Positions 1 to 9,599 of a stretch of 31,050 bases of DNA are shown here, one piece after another. Each line of letters begins with the position of its first letter. Within the stretch, counting starts at the first letter, position 1. A model generated the notes under the pieces. The model did no database searches. It was not told where the DNA came from and was given only the letters and a program-made list of their open reading frames with translations. Position numbers and translations under genes: made by a program. This DNA is from a virus (Duplodnaviria; Caudoviricetes), in the IMG/VR virus record IMGVR_UViG_3300044490_000111, positions 1 through 31,050 of that record, one strand, 5' to 3'.

Positions 1-772
1 TCACCACCTGCGTTCGTGCTGCGGCCTGCCGCTGCTTGTCCTGCTCGGTGACGGTGAATAAATCCTCCTTGCGCTCCTCACCGCCTCGGTCTATGCGCTG
101 GTATTTCTTCTCAGCATCCGCGCGACTCATGGGCTCCAGCTCTGGACGACGGGTCGGCTCCTGGCTGGAACGACGGCTCTGCTCCTGGGCGGGCTCCAGC
201 TCTATGTAGGTCTTCTTCGGCTCCTGGGCACGGCCGGGCTCCAGCTTGCGGCGCTCTTCCTCTAGAATGCGGTTATACTCCTTCTCTGCAGACTTACGGC
301 TCGCTTCCTCCTTGCGGCGGTCTTGTGCTTCCTTGCGACTATCCTCCTTTCGCTGCCGTTCCTGCTCTCGCTCTTCCTTCTTCCGCTGCTGTTCCTGCTC
401 ACGCTGTTCTCGATCCCGGTCTCGTTGCGCCTGCCGCAGATTGTACTCAGTCTCGGCACGGTCTTCTTTCGCCTGCCGTTGGCGCTCACGTTCCGCCGCA
501 GCTTCCATCCCCGCCGTAAACGGATCCCGCACCGGACCGCCCGTTGCTACTGGCGGCGGATACGACGTCCCACTTCGTGTTTCCGGAATGCGCGGTCCCG
601 TTGGCGCAATCGGTCCCGTGAACCCCTGCCCAACCGCGCCCTGCAGACGATCTAGCCGTGCCTGAACCTCCAACACCGCGTCGCCAAACTGACGGAGCTG
701 CGCCAAGGCGCTGTCAAGAGGCTGCACGCCAAGACGGAAGATGACATCACGACCGCCGTCAGTGACCGTCAT
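1..772 (-). CDS. Probable tape measure protein, N-terminal part (runs off the window)
   Basis: ATG at 772 overlaps the upstream TGA (ATGA) and has a GGAG RBS. The frame MTVTDGGRDVIFRLGVQ... stays open to the window edge with a highly charged coiled-coil stretch. It lies directly after the G/GT chaperone pair. Confidence 0.7.
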   Translation of the reverse strand, partial: MTVTDGGRDVIFRLGVQPLDSALAQLRQFGDAVLEVQARLDRLQGAVGQGFTGPIAPTGPRIPETRSGTSYPPPVATGGPVRDPFTAGMEAAAERERQRQAKEDRAETEYNLRQAQRDRDREQREQEQQRKKEEREQERQRKEDSRKEAQDRRKEEASRKSAEKEYNRILEEERRKLEPGRAQEPKKTYIELEPAQEQSRRSSQEPTRRPELEPMSRADAEKKYQRIDRGGEERKEDLFTVTEQDKQRQAAARTQVV

Positions 773-1161
773 GTCGCTACTCCTGCCATCGCCAACTGAT
801 CTATCCGGTCCCGCTCCCGATAGGCTACGTCGCAGAGGACCAGGAATCTCGCCAGCACCTTATCCGGCACTGGCCACCAGCCACCGATGCGACGCTGGAG
901 GTACTCCTGATGGACCAAGTGATTACGCAGCGTCAACACCATGTCGGCTTCGTGCTCCGGACCAATCTTTGGACACTTCTCCCCGAGCTTGCATGGCGGC
1001 GGCATCCCATTGCGCTGCATCGGTACAACGTTGTCTGGCGATCCGCTCTGATACGTCTCTCTAGCGCCAGTCCGTATGTTGTAGACGTAGTGCTGGCACT
1101 CGCCACACGTGAATCCTGACAGCTCCGGATGATGCAGGATCAACCAGAGCCCCGCTTGGAG
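769..1161 (-). CDS. Tail assembly chaperone GT extension, reached by -1 frameshift
   Basis: The -1 frame after the slippery site reads LQAGLWLILHHPELSGFTCGECQ...PPCKLGEKCP... and stops at 769, overlapping the next ATG. No own start is evident near its 5' end. Confidence 0.7.
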   Translation of the reverse strand, partial: LQAGLWLILHHPELSGFTCGECQHYVYNIRTGARETYQSGSPDNVVPMQRNGMPPPCKLGEKCPKIGPEHEADMVLTLRNHLVHQEYLQRRIGGWWPVPDKVLARFLVLCDVAYRERDRIDQLAMAGVAT

Positions 1162-1649
1162 TTTTTTGCTTGCAGCTCCGTAAGCACGTCCGCCACTGGA
1201 CGCCCCGTCGCCACCGCCTGGACACGAGCCCTCTCCACCATGTCCACCTCTTCGCTCGACCATTCCGGATCCGTGTCCGACGCGCGAGAGGAAAACAGGA
1301 CGACGGAAACCAGCGAGTTGTACAGGTCTGGCTCCAACGTCAAGATCGAATCCTTGCTGATCGGCAACGGAACGATTCCTCGCTGTCCACTCTCGTCTGT
1401 TGGCGCAAACGCCGTCGCGTCCCATGACTTCAGCCGCGGCACCAAACATTCCGCCACGGCTCTATCCCACGCCACGCCAGTCTTCCCCGCCAAGTGCGTC
1501 TGAATGTCCGCTCGCTCCTGTAGACCCACTGGCCTGTACGTCCCGCGCAGCGGAGGATGCAGCGGCGGAACCTCGTGAGACAAGATGTAGAACGGATACG
1601 TCAGACCGTCGTCGGTCGGAACTGCATGCACTACTCCACGTCGCAACAT
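1140..1649 (-). CDS. Tail assembly chaperone (G)
   Basis: Lies between the tail tube and tape measure genes. GAGG RBS precedes the ATG at 1649. Ends ...QAKNSKRGSG with a slippery heptamer. Confidence 0.7.
   Translation of the reverse strand: MLRRGVVHAVPTDDGLTYPFYILSHEVPPLHPPLRGTYRPVGLQERADIQTHLAGKTGVAWDRAVAECLVPRLKSWDATAFAPTDESGQRGIVPLPISKDSILTLEPDLYNSLVSVVLFSSRASDTDPEWSSEEVDMVERARVQAVATGRPVADVLTELQAKNSKRGSG
1161..1167 (-). promoter_or_regulatory. Programmed -1 ribosomal frameshift site A AAA AAC
   Basis: The minus strand reads GCA AAA AAC TCC, an X XXY YYZ heptamer in the correct phase near the end of the chaperone. Confidence 0.8.
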
Positions 1650-1676
1650 ATCGCACCTCTTTCCGCTGGATGACAC

Positions 1677-1713
1677 AACCGCCGCCGAACGTCCAGCACA
1701 TTCGGCGGCGGTT
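1677..1713. promoter_or_regulatory. Intergenic 13-bp hairpin
   Basis: AACCGCCGCCGAA / TTCGGCGGCGGTT perfect inverted repeat upstream of the chaperone gene. Confidence 0.6.
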
Positions 1714-1732
1714 CCTGGTCTTGCTCGATTGA

Positions 1733-2122
1733 TTACGGGGTCGCGTCAAGACCGACATAGCAGAAGAACGATCCCGCGGCGGTCGCGCTCAAATACATCT
1801 TGGTCACGTCCACCGTGAATGGATTCGCGAAGTACCCATCTGCCGACTTCCACACGAGCGGTTTGTTGGCCAGCAGCGAGAACGTGTTACTGTGCGGATG
1901 CGCATTCGTTTCAATCGTGCACGCCGCCGTTGCCCACATGACGACCCACTTGACGGCCGCAAACCCAAACGCAATCGCCAGTTCCTTGTCTGTCGTCGGA
2001 TTTGCGAATGTAACGCCGCTGCCGCCTCCATCGACACTGACTGCGCCATCAGCCGCAAAGGTGTTATCGAAGCTGAACTCGGTACCGTTCAGGACCTCTG
2101 TGAGTTTCTCGTGCAAATTCAT
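1733..2122 (-). CDS. Hypothetical virion-associated beta-rich protein
   Basis: MNLHEKL... with a GGAGGGAGGG RBS; follows the tail tube gene. Confidence 0.6.
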   Translation of the reverse strand: MNLHEKLTEVLNGTEFSFDNTFAADGAVSVDGGGSGVTFANPTTDKELAIAFGFAAVKWVVMWATAACTIETNAHPHSNTFSLLANKPLVWKSADGYFANPFTVDVTKMYLSATAAGSFFCYVGLDATP

Positions 2123-2145
2123 GTTACCCTCCCTCCTGCCGTCCC

Positions 2146-3057
2146 TTACGGAGTGACGACGATTTGAACTTCTTGTGGAATCGGATCGCCCGACTTCTGC
2201 CGAGCGGTAAACTGCAAACGCAGCGGCATCTCTTGACCACGCGCCGGCGCAGCCGGAGCTTCTGGAGCGTACTGCAGGCACGGGAACGAAAACGTCAGGC
2301 TGTAGGTCGCGTTGGTGTACACGACCGAGCCCGTGATCCCAGCCACGCCGTCCGCGATGAACAGCGCGTAGTCCGCCGTTGTGAATGGGTTATCGCACGA
2401 GAAGGTGATGATACGGTCGCCCTGCGGCACCTCCACTCGCGTCTGGCTGTTCATGAACCTGTCCGCGATCAGACCGTTGTTCACCTGGATTTGGATGTTA
2501 TTCACCTGGATCGCCGTCACGCTGTTCAGGTTCAGGACGGCCTGATGGTGCATGTACGGCTGGAGCAACGACAAGCTTAGCGACGGGAACGTCCCCGCGT
2601 TCCCAATCGAGTAGGTCTTGCCCTCGATTTGGCAGGTGAGTGCCAGCGTCTGGCCCGCCGAGCTGGCGAACGTGGCAACGCCAACCTTGCACCCCGTGTA
2701 GGTATGCACCTTCACCTTGCGGTCGAAGCCGAACGGAAAATAGTTCAGGGCGCCTGGGTCTAGCGTCCCAGCGGCGAACGTCCCGCCAAAGATCAAAGGC
2801 AGCAGCTTCACAAGATCGTCGGGGCGCGGGCGCAGGCTAAATGAACCGCCGCACGGGATCAGCCCCGCAGTGACCGGCTCCCTGGCGTGGGCGATCTGCC
2901 CTCGCATCTCGTCTGGCGCCACCAACTGCGGACGATGCGACACGTCGCACGTCTCCAGGGCGAGCTGGTAGTTGATCGGCGTGTCCGTTCCAGGGTCGCC
3001 GATTCCGAACTTCATTTCATGCCGCATCGTAGCGGCCACTGGTGTATAGGCGGGCAT
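2146..3057 (-). CDS. Phage tail tube (major tail) protein
   Basis: 303 aa with GGAGG RBS. Motifs 'HTYTGCKV', 'NNGL...R.ITFS' and 'LTFSFP' are typical of tail tube proteins, and the position fits. Confidence 0.8.
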   Translation of the reverse strand: MPAYTPVAATMRHEMKFGIGDPGTDTPINYQLALETCDVSHRPQLVAPDEMRGQIAHAREPVTAGLIPCGGSFSLRPRPDDLVKLLPLIFGGTFAAGTLDPGALNYFPFGFDRKVKVHTYTGCKVGVATFASSAGQTLALTCQIEGKTYSIGNAGTFPSLSLSLLQPYMHHQAVLNLNSVTAIQVNNIQIQVNNGLIADRFMNSQTRVEVPQGDRIITFSCDNPFTTADYALFIADGVAGITGSVVYTNATYSLTFSFPCLQYAPEAPAAPARGQEMPLRLQFTARQKSGDPIPQEVQIVVTP

Positions 3058-3069
3058 GGTCTGTACCTC

Positions 3070-3813
3070 CTACGGGTAAAGTGTCTGCTCTTGGTACGAC
3101 TGGCACCGGAACACGATCCCACCGGCGTCGTACCCGACTTTGAATGCCTCTGGAATAATCAGGGGACCGGGTTGAACCGACACCCGGCATACTTCGGTCA
3201 CGGTCGGCAGCGACGTCTCTTGCAGAGCCATCGCGAGGCGGAACCGCCAATTCAAGTCTTGCCGGAATATCGTACCACCGCTGACGTCATCCTCCAGAAC
3301 CTGACTACTCTTGCGAAACAGCACGACCTGCACGCTCGGTGAATACTCGGAACGTTTGTTGTCGTGCGCCGTCAGACCTTCCGGAAGTGGGCTAATGATG
3401 ATCCCCTTGTCTCCGATGAAGTTCTCGATTCGGTAGGGATGCTTCAACACCAGCACGTTCCCGCTGGTGATTTCGGCCAATCCAAGACCTAGGATGATCG
3501 ACTTAATCGCCTGCATGCACCGGTAGTGCAAGGGGTCGACCGTTGGGTTGGTCACGCCGAATGTCACGACCGACGACACCGCTGGCGAACCAGATACCGT
3601 GGCTGTGCAGTAGCCGAAGTACACGCCCAACCCCAACGCCAACGCGATCGTTCCGTTGCCCGTGCGCGAACCACCAGCTGACCACGTAGCCGTGGTGATT
3701 TTCAGCGACCATTGAATCACGTACAGACTGACAGTCGCGGCATCCGCGCCGGCGATCGTCGCCGTGGCGCCCGTACCGTCCGCCTTATCCGTGATGGTCA
3801 ACGTCAGCGCCAT
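3070..3813 (-). CDS. Probable tail terminator/completion protein with an N-terminal beta-rich extension
   Basis: 247 aa, directly upstream of the tail tube gene. Call rests mainly on position. Confidence 0.5.
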   Translation of the reverse strand: MALTLTITDKADGTGATATIAGADAATVSLYVIQWSLKITTATWSAGGSRTGNGTIALALGLGVYFGYCTATVSGSPAVSSVVTFGVTNPTVDPLHYRCMQAIKSIILGLGLAEITSGNVLVLKHPYRIENFIGDKGIIISPLPEGLTAHDNKRSEYSPSVQVVLFRKSSQVLEDDVSGGTIFRQDLNWRFRLAMALQETSLPTVTEVCRVSVQPGPLIIPEAFKVGYDAGGIVFRCQSYQEQTLYP

Positions 3814-3817
3814 TTGC

Positions 3818-4147
3818 TCACCGTTCCAGGGTGATGGTCACCAGCGCATCCGATCCGGCGGCCCGGATCAGCCTGAGATTCGCAATGTTCGCGTTGCCAA
3901 ACAATTCCACCGGTGCCGCATCCTTGACCAACAGATGCCCGACAGTGCTACTCGGGTCTGTCGATCCATCCCACGTCACCCGCACGTCGGCGTCCGACGC
4001 GCTAATCCACGCCCGAGTCGCATTTGCCACCTCGGCCGCCGTAAACCCAAAATCCGTCATGCTATGCACGCCGGTCGATATCGTGTGGCTCAACAGCTTG
4101 TACGCTGTGGTTTGCCAGTCGAGCAGACTTTGTGAGCACGTCACCAT
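3818..4147 (-). CDS. Hypothetical virion protein
   Basis: 109 aa, tightly packed between neck and tail genes. Confidence 0.6.
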   Translation of the reverse strand: MVTCSQSLLDWQTTAYKLLSHTISTGVHSMTDFGFTAAEVANATRAWISASDADVRVTWDGSTDPSSTVGHLLVKDAAPVELFGNANIANLRLIRAAGSDALVTITLER

Positions 4148-4150
4148 GTT

Positions 4151-4651
4151 TCACCCCACTGGTTGTAACTGCCGCGTCACTCGCCCGCGCTGCAACTGCC
4201 ATCCGAACAGCCGATCCCTCATGTCCTGGACAAAGCGTTCCAGGGCACTGTCCACTGTCTCGTCATTGGCGTACAGGAATTCCCGCTGCGGCACTCGGTC
4301 GCTGCCTTCCTGGTGAGTGATGGCATACGGAATGGTTGCCCCGTCGATGCCTAGCTCCAATCTCCTGCCACGATCCGTCACGCGAGTAATGTTGCCCGCA
4401 CTCCCTTCGTCCCCAGACACCGCGAGCATCGCCCCGCTCAGAATCAGCAACGGATGCACGCCGTGCAGCCGAATCGTCAGCGGCGCGTGCGGTGCCCACG
4501 GGACTCCACGCGGATCCTGCCGCCGGATGAAGTTCCCGAGAAAGCCATTGTGAAACGACGGAACGGTCCCGCGCAGTTCGTCGCTTAGGTCCCCGTTTTC
4601 GCAGGTGTCCGCCATCTCGTAGCACATGTCTCGGAACGCTTCCGGCGTCAT
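4151..4651 (-). CDS. Virion morphogenesis protein (Mu gpG / P2 gpS-like)
   Basis: Motifs 'F..RQDP.G.PWAP', 'L..SG.M', 'YA..HQ.G...VPQREFL'. Confidence 0.85.
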   Translation of the reverse strand: MTPEAFRDMCYEMADTCENGDLSDELRGTVPSFHNGFLGNFIRRQDPRGVPWAPHAPLTIRLHGVHPLLILSGAMLAVSGDEGSAGNITRVTDRGRRLELGIDGATIPYAITHQEGSDRVPQREFLYANDETVDSALERFVQDMRDRLFGWQLQRGRVTRQLQPVG

Positions 4652-5004
4652 GTATTAGCCGCCTTCACCATGTCGACGATGTACTGAGTACCCCACCGCG
4701 CCTCTTGGATCGTCCCGTCCACGGTCCACTGTTCCCCCGCCGCCGTCGTCAGCCGCCAGCCATCTGTTGGTACGTTACCTCCGAGCGTCGTCGTGAACAG
4801 AATCCACTTACGTCCCCGCTTCCGTACCAACCCATCCATCCCACCTAGCGGCACTGACGCCTGCGTCAATGGTAGCCTTTTGGCTTTTGCCGTCGCGACG
4901 TTCAACGCCGCGTTATCCACCGATGAGATAGTGACCTGTTCCACGCCGTCCATTGCGAGGTATTCATCCTTGTACATCGCATAGGCTTCGGCGCGCGTTG
5001 TCAT
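4648..5004 (-). CDS. Probable head-tail joining/closure protein
   Basis: About 118 aa with ATGA-type coupling on both sides. The 'P.DGWRL....G..WTV' beta-barrel pattern and the position fit. Confidence 0.55.
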   Translation of the reverse strand: MTTRAEAYAMYKDEYLAMDGVEQVTISSVDNAALNVATAKAKRLPLTQASVPLGGMDGLVRKRGRKWILFTTTLGGNVPTDGWRLTTAAGEQWTVDGTIQEARWGTQYIVDMVKAANT

Positions 5005-5213
5005 CCCTTCAGCTCCCAAGGTCCATCTGCCATCGGCAGCATCTTCCGCAGTTGCTCCAATTCTCTCAGCAGCGACTCCCGATAACGGATGTGGTCGATT
5101 GACTCGCCGCCGCCACTGGTGGTCGGCATCCCACCCAGAGTCGCCGCTGTCATCGCTTCCAGCTGGGCTTCAATCGTCGCAATCCGAGCTTTGATTGAGG
5201 TTGATCCTGCCAT
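5001..5213 (-). CDS. Probable head completion/adaptor protein (gpW-like)
   Basis: 70 aa, helix / 'SGGGESID' hairpin / helix layout, after the capsid genes. Confidence 0.55.
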   Translation of the reverse strand: MAGSTSIKARIATIEAQLEAMTAATLGGMPTTSGGGESIDHIRYRESLLRELEQLRKMLPMADGPWELKG

Positions 5214-5221
5214 GCGTCACC

Positions 5222-5262
5222 AAACAAAACGCCGCGGCACCGCCCATCGGCAGCCCGCGGCG
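5222..5262 (-). terminator. Possible intrinsic terminator or attenuator after the head genes
   Basis: CGCCGCGG/CCGCGGCG stem (5230-5237, 5255-5262) followed by TTTTGTTT on the - strand. Confidence 0.45.
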
Positions 5263-5290
5263 GATCGGTTCGCCGTGGTACTCGCGCTGG

Positions 5291-5767
5291 TCATGCCGCT
5301 GCGGCGGATGGTCCCACCGAAGTCACCACGATCTTCGACGGCGGTGCCGTGCCAGTCACGCCGAAATACTGCATCCACTTCCATTGCGCCTCACCAGGGG
5401 TGCCGCCACCGACAACGCGGCGCATACGCTCCTGGGCCTTGCTCCCGACCAGCAACACGACATCGAATTGCTTCTCGCCGCTAGCCAAGAGCTTGTCCGC
5501 GAGCTGGGCCTGCTCGTCGATCTTGCGGATCGTCTCCCGGACTACTGCTTCCGCATCCAGGGGCGGCGACATGACGGGGATTCCGGGGACCTGCGGTCGC
5601 ACCCTTTCCGCCAGCGCAGCCAATTGTTCCTGCATCCGCATCAGCTGGGCTCTGGTCGCGTCCAGCTCGGACTGCAGTTCCTTCATGGTCGTTCGCCCGC
5701 CCTGACTCTGCGGATCGGGCACGGTTTTGCTCGCCACATCGGGCGGCACCATCGTTGCTTCGGCCAT
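5291..5767 (-). CDS. Hypothetical coiled-coil protein downstream of the capsid gene
   Basis: MAEATMV... preceded by GGAG; 158 aa. Confidence 0.6.
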   Translation of the reverse strand: MAEATMVPPDVASKTVPDPQSQGGRTTMKELQSELDATRAQLMRMQEQLAALAERVRPQVPGIPVMSPPLDAEAVVRETIRKIDEQAQLADKLLASGEKQFDVVLLVGSKAQERMRRVVGGGTPGEAQWKWMQYFGVTGTAPPSKIVVTSVGPSAAAA

Positions 5768-5854
5768 TGTCACGTTCTCCAAACACGCACCTCTGTTCAT
5801 GCGGTTGGCCACGCCACCAACCGCCTCATACATCATTCACGGCGATAAGACGAG

Positions 5855-7141
5855 TTACGACGGCGTGCACATGATCCCATAGCGGGGCTCGCGCACGTCG
5901 ACGCTATCCATGTAGTCAGCGAACACCGCCAACACCAGCTTCTGGTTCAGCATGGCGTAATCGTTCGGCGATGCGCGCTGGATGGTGATGGGCCAGTTTT
6001 CGGTCCGAATGAAGGCCGGATCGTCTCCCGCGGTTCGCAACGCCCACCAGTAGTCGTCTGCCACGGACTGGGCGAGCGCCAGACCAGGGTTGACCGGATC
6101 GGTCGTCGCGTTGGTCAGAATCTCGTCGAGAAACGTTGACGACAGAATCTTCTTGCTGTCGCCCAACCGCTTTGCATGCGAGACGACTTGACCGCTCTGT
6201 GTTACCGACTCGACTTCGGTCGCCGCTTGGATGTACTGCGCGGTCATCGTCTTCGACGGCGAGCACAGCACCGTGTCCCAGTCGACGGCAATCCGCGTCC
6301 CAGTCTCCTGGTCCTTCATGCGGCTGAAGTAACTGTTGACGACGTTGATCGACGTCCAGTCCCGCAGCAGCACGCCCGTCAGGTGGTTGATCCAGTTGCC
6401 GCTGGTGAGCCACGTATTGTAGCTGGTGCCCCGGTAGCTGTACGGGTTTGTCACGCCAGCGATCAGTCGGAATGCCGACCGCTCGCGCTTCAACCCCAGC
6501 CATTTGCCGATCATGTTCATCTGATCCAGCACCTGCTGGGTCTGTTCGAAGAAGATCGCCTCGAACGTCACCGACCCCTTCAGCGCGTACTGTTGCGTTT
6601 CCTGGGTCGTGACAAACCGCTCTTCGATCTGCGCTTCCGGGTAGGGCTCACCGGGATTCCGATTCAGCGCGACGTCGCCCATCCATCCGGCACCGATGTA
6701 GCGGCTGACGCGCGTCTTGGACGGTCGCGTTGGGACGAGCTGGTCCGCGATGAACTCGGGCATCGAATAGCCCTTCAGAATCTGGGCGTCCAGCAGACCG
6801 ATCACGGACCCCAAGTAGGCGGACACATTCGGCAGATTCGCTGGCGTGATGGCACCCACGCCGCCAGCTTCGAACACGCGGAAGGCGCTCGCGTTGGACT
6901 GCCGAATCTGATCCGCCCAATCGGGACCGATCAGCGACTCAGCCAGCCCTTTGATGCAGAACGATCGCGACGACATGGTGGCTTGCGATTCGTTCAGCCG
7001 GGGCGTACCGTACTCGTCTTCGTACAGCCCGAGCCGCTTCCTCAACTCAGCGACGAACGCACGCGCGCCTACCATCTTCTGTTCGGGGCTGTCGGCAGGC
7101 TTCACGAAGTCTTCGAAAACGCGCTTGATTCCCTGGTACAT
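5855..7141 (-). CDS. Major capsid protein (HK97 fold, Mu gpT-like) with an N-terminal propeptide
   Basis: Likely start MYQGIK at 7141 (GGGAG RBS), 428 aa. Motifs 'FEA...T.ANLP', 'PGEPYP', 'Y.....VTFEAI' and a C-terminal 'V.EPRY'. Position after protease, scaffold and decoration genes. Confidence 0.85.
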   Translation of the reverse strand: MYQGIKRVFEDFVKPADSPEQKMVGARAFVAELRKRLGLYEDEYGTPRLNESQATMSSRSFCIKGLAESLIGPDWADQIRQSNASAFRVFEAGGVGAITPANLPNVSAYLGSVIGLLDAQILKGYSMPEFIADQLVPTRPSKTRVSRYIGAGWMGDVALNRNPGEPYPEAQIEERFVTTQETQQYALKGSVTFEAIFFEQTQQVLDQMNMIGKWLGLKRERSAFRLIAGVTNPYSYRGTSYNTWLTSGNWINHLTGVLLRDWTSINVVNSYFSRMKDQETGTRIAVDWDTVLCSPSKTMTAQYIQAATEVESVTQSGQVVSHAKRLGDSKKILSSTFLDEILTNATTDPVNPGLALAQSVADDYWWALRTAGDDPAFIRTENWPITIQRASPNDYAMLNQKLVLAVFADYMDSVDVREPRYGIMCTPS

Positions 7142-7162
7142 TGTTGCTCTCCCGTTTCGTTT

Positions 7163-7257
7163 CCCGCGAGAACAGGAGTTTGTGTCTTTCCCACCCGTAG
7201 AGGTCCAGGGGTTCGGCGCCACATCAGTGTCTTGCCTCCCCCCTGGGTTCTCGCGGG
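7163..7257 (-). promoter_or_regulatory. Structured RNA leader upstream of the major capsid gene
   Basis: 11-bp closing stem CCCGCGAGAAC/GTTCTCGCGGG enclosing a 7-bp stem CCAGGGG/CCCCTGG and two AAGACAC repeats. Confidence 0.5.
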
Positions 7258-7296
7258 TACTGTCAAGCGGCACACGCCGCGCTAACCTTGTCTCCG

Positions 7297-9504
7297 TTAC
7301 ACTGCGTCCGGAACCAATGCGGCGATGTCCGCTCCGAGCTTCGAGAATCCACGGACGATCCATTCCGTCGCCGAAATGCACTCACAGATGAAATGGCTGT
7401 CCGCAACCAGGGCACATTCATTGGCCGTGCCATCGGAGTTCACGTCATTGATCTTGACGCCGCTCGACGCGACGGTCCGTAACTCGCAACCGGTCGCAGG
7501 CGTTACAATGCGGATCATCATGCCCACGACAGGTGCCGGCAGCGTAATGATCTTGTCGGCGTTGTCGCACGTCACAGTGATGTGCGACGCATTGCTGGGG
7601 ATCAGTCCTGTGGTGAGCCCATCGACGGTCGCGGTAACCGCCGTCGCCGTAACCTGAATCTTGGTACCCAACACGGCGGGGGTGAACGTAACCGTCTGCG
7701 CCCCGGTCGTCGTGCAGAAGACGATCAAATCACCCGCCCCATCCTTCACCGACAACGCATCCGCCAAATTGGTGGTCAACACCATTTCCGGCTGACCCGT
7801 CGTGCCAGTAAACGTCAAGTCAACGGCGCCCGTCAGAGTGATACCACCGTTTGCGCTGAGCAGACCGGTGATGCTCGTAGCGGGAGTAATCGCCACCGCC
7901 GGGGAACCCGTGGTGGTGGTGATGACAATGATATCCGCGGCAGAATCGCGGATACTGAGGGCGTCCGCCAAGTTGGTTGTCAGCACGACTTCCGACTGGC
8001 CCGTCGTCCCGGTGAACGTCAAGTCAACCGCACCGGGGATCGTGACACCACCCGTGGCGGTCAAGAGGCCCGTGATGCCAGTCGGTGGCGTGATGGTCAC
8101 AGTCGGACTGCCGGTGGTCGTCGCGATGACGATGATGTCGGCCGCACTGTCCTTGATCGACAAGGCATCGGCGAGATTGGTGGTCAGGTTGACTTGGCAC
8201 TGGCCCGTCGTGCCAGTGAACGTCAAGTCCTTGCCACCTCCGATCGTCACGTCACCGTTGAACGTAACCGCAGGCGTGAAAGTGATGACTTGCGAACCAG
8301 TGGTCAAGTCGAACACGATCAGGTCGCCGGCGCTGTCCTTCACTGATAGGGCGTCCGCCAGATTCGTGGTCAGCTTGATTTCCGGCTGACCCGTGGTCCC
8401 TTGGAAGTCGAGGTCCACTGCCCCGGACATGATGATGCCGCCAGAGAACGTCTTGATGGCGGAAATCGTCTGGGCCAGACCGATGAAGTCAAACGTGTCG
8501 CTCGCCGCCGCCGCGAAATCAGGGATGGTCAACGTCGGGGCACCACCCGTCTGTGCGGCGGTCGTGATTGTGATGGTCTCGGTCCCATCGTCGATCGGGA
8601 GGAACTTCAGGGCGCCCGACGTCTTGCCGTTGATCTGGACGTACCCAGTGTTCGTCTTGCCAGCCGCCGTGGTGATGCTGGGAGTGACCGCGGCAGTCAC
8701 GGTGACGGCACCTGACAGCTGGTTGGCGCCAGAGCTGGTCTTGAAGGTCCCGCTCGATCCGCTGAAATCATTGGAGCCGGAACCACTCGCCGTGAGTCCG
8801 GCAGAGATGACCGGGGCGCTCAGCGTCTTGTTCGCCAAGGTGGCCGCCAGCGTGTTGAACGCAAACGTGTCCGACACGCCGCCCATGTCGGGCACGGTCA
8901 AGGTTGCCGTCCCGGCTTGTGCCGCCGTCGTGACGGTGACCGTGAAGGCTGTGCCATCGGCTGCGGTCAGCTTCAGGGCACCAGAGGTCTTGCCGTTGAT
9001 CTGCAAGAAACCAGTGTTCGTCTTGCCAGCCGCCGTGATCAGACTCGGAGTCGCCGCTGCGGCGATCGTGACAGGGCCGGACAACGTGTTCGCGCCGGTG
9101 CATGACAGAAACGTTCCCGACGAACCGGACAGGTCGAAGTTTCCACTGGCAGAGGTGCACCCGTTGATCGTCGGATTGGTAAGCGTAACTGCGGAGTACG
9201 TTCCGCTATTGAAAAGGATGTCCCATCCTTCGGCTTGATCCAGAAACACGAGGCCGGACATGAGTGGCAGCACGGTCATCACCGTAGCCCCGTCCGCATC
9301 CTTGATGACAAGATTTTGCGTGGCAGAGGCGTTGATGAAGACGTAATGCAGTCCCGCTTGCCCATGCGGCTCTGGAAGATACACGGTGCGCGTGCCACCG
9401 GAGGGCGTCAATTTCTGCACGCGGAGCGAATCCAGCGTCAATGTGTCGTTGGCGGTCAGCGTTGCGGTCCGCGTGGACACGTCCATCGCAGTCAGATTGA
9501 TCAT
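7297..9504 (-). CDS. Thr/Gly/Ala-rich repetitive head fibre or decoration protein
   Basis: 735 aa with two 'AGKTNTG..QINGKTSGALK' repeats and four roughly 66-aa 'DL.F.GTTGQ....LTTNLADALS..D' repeats. It sits in the head module. Confidence 0.65.
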   Translation of the reverse strand: MINLTAMDVSTRTATLTANDTLTLDSLRVQKLTPSGGTRTVYLPEPHGQAGLHYVFINASATQNLVIKDADGATVMTVLPLMSGLVFLDQAEGWDILFNSGTYSAVTLTNPTINGCTSASGNFDLSGSSGTFLSCTGANTLSGPVTIAAAATPSLITAAGKTNTGFLQINGKTSGALKLTAADGTAFTVTVTTAAQAGTATLTVPDMGGVSDTFAFNTLAATLANKTLSAPVISAGLTASGSGSNDFSGSSGTFKTSSGANQLSGAVTVTAAVTPSITTAAGKTNTGYVQINGKTSGALKFLPIDDGTETITITTAAQTGGAPTLTIPDFAAAASDTFDFIGLAQTISAIKTFSGGIIMSGAVDLDFQGTTGQPEIKLTTNLADALSVKDSAGDLIVFDLTTGSQVITFTPAVTFNGDVTIGGGKDLTFTGTTGQCQVNLTTNLADALSIKDSAADIIVIATTTGSPTVTITPPTGITGLLTATGGVTIPGAVDLTFTGTTGQSEVVLTTNLADALSIRDSAADIIVITTTTGSPAVAITPATSITGLLSANGGITLTGAVDLTFTGTTGQPEMVLTTNLADALSVKDGAGDLIVFCTTTGAQTVTFTPAVLGTKIQVTATAVTATVDGLTTGLIPSNASHITVTCDNADKIITLPAPVVGMMIRIVTPATGCELRTVASSGVKINDVNSDGTANECALVADSHFICECISATEWIVRGFSKLGADIAALVPDAV

Positions 9505-9550
9505 GTTTGGTTCTCCATCATCTTCCCGGTTCGCGGTTGTACTACGCCAC

Positions 9551-9582
9551 GAGCCGCCGGCGCGCTTTGGCGCCGACGGCTC
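9551..9582. promoter_or_regulatory. Intergenic 13-bp hairpin
   Basis: GAGCCGCCGGCGC/GCGCCGACGGCTC (one G-U pair on the - strand); no U-tract. Confidence 0.5.
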
Positions 9583-9599
9583 ACCCGGCTACAGGAAGG

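Noticed and set aside
7142-7381. N-terminal 80-aa extension of the capsid ORF
   Set aside because: It overlaps the upstream gene and a structured intergenic region; a better RBS and start exist at 7141.
7660-9140. Repeats as a CRISPR array or non-coding tandem repeat
   Set aside because: They are degenerate in-frame protein repeats, with no identical repeat-spacer pattern.
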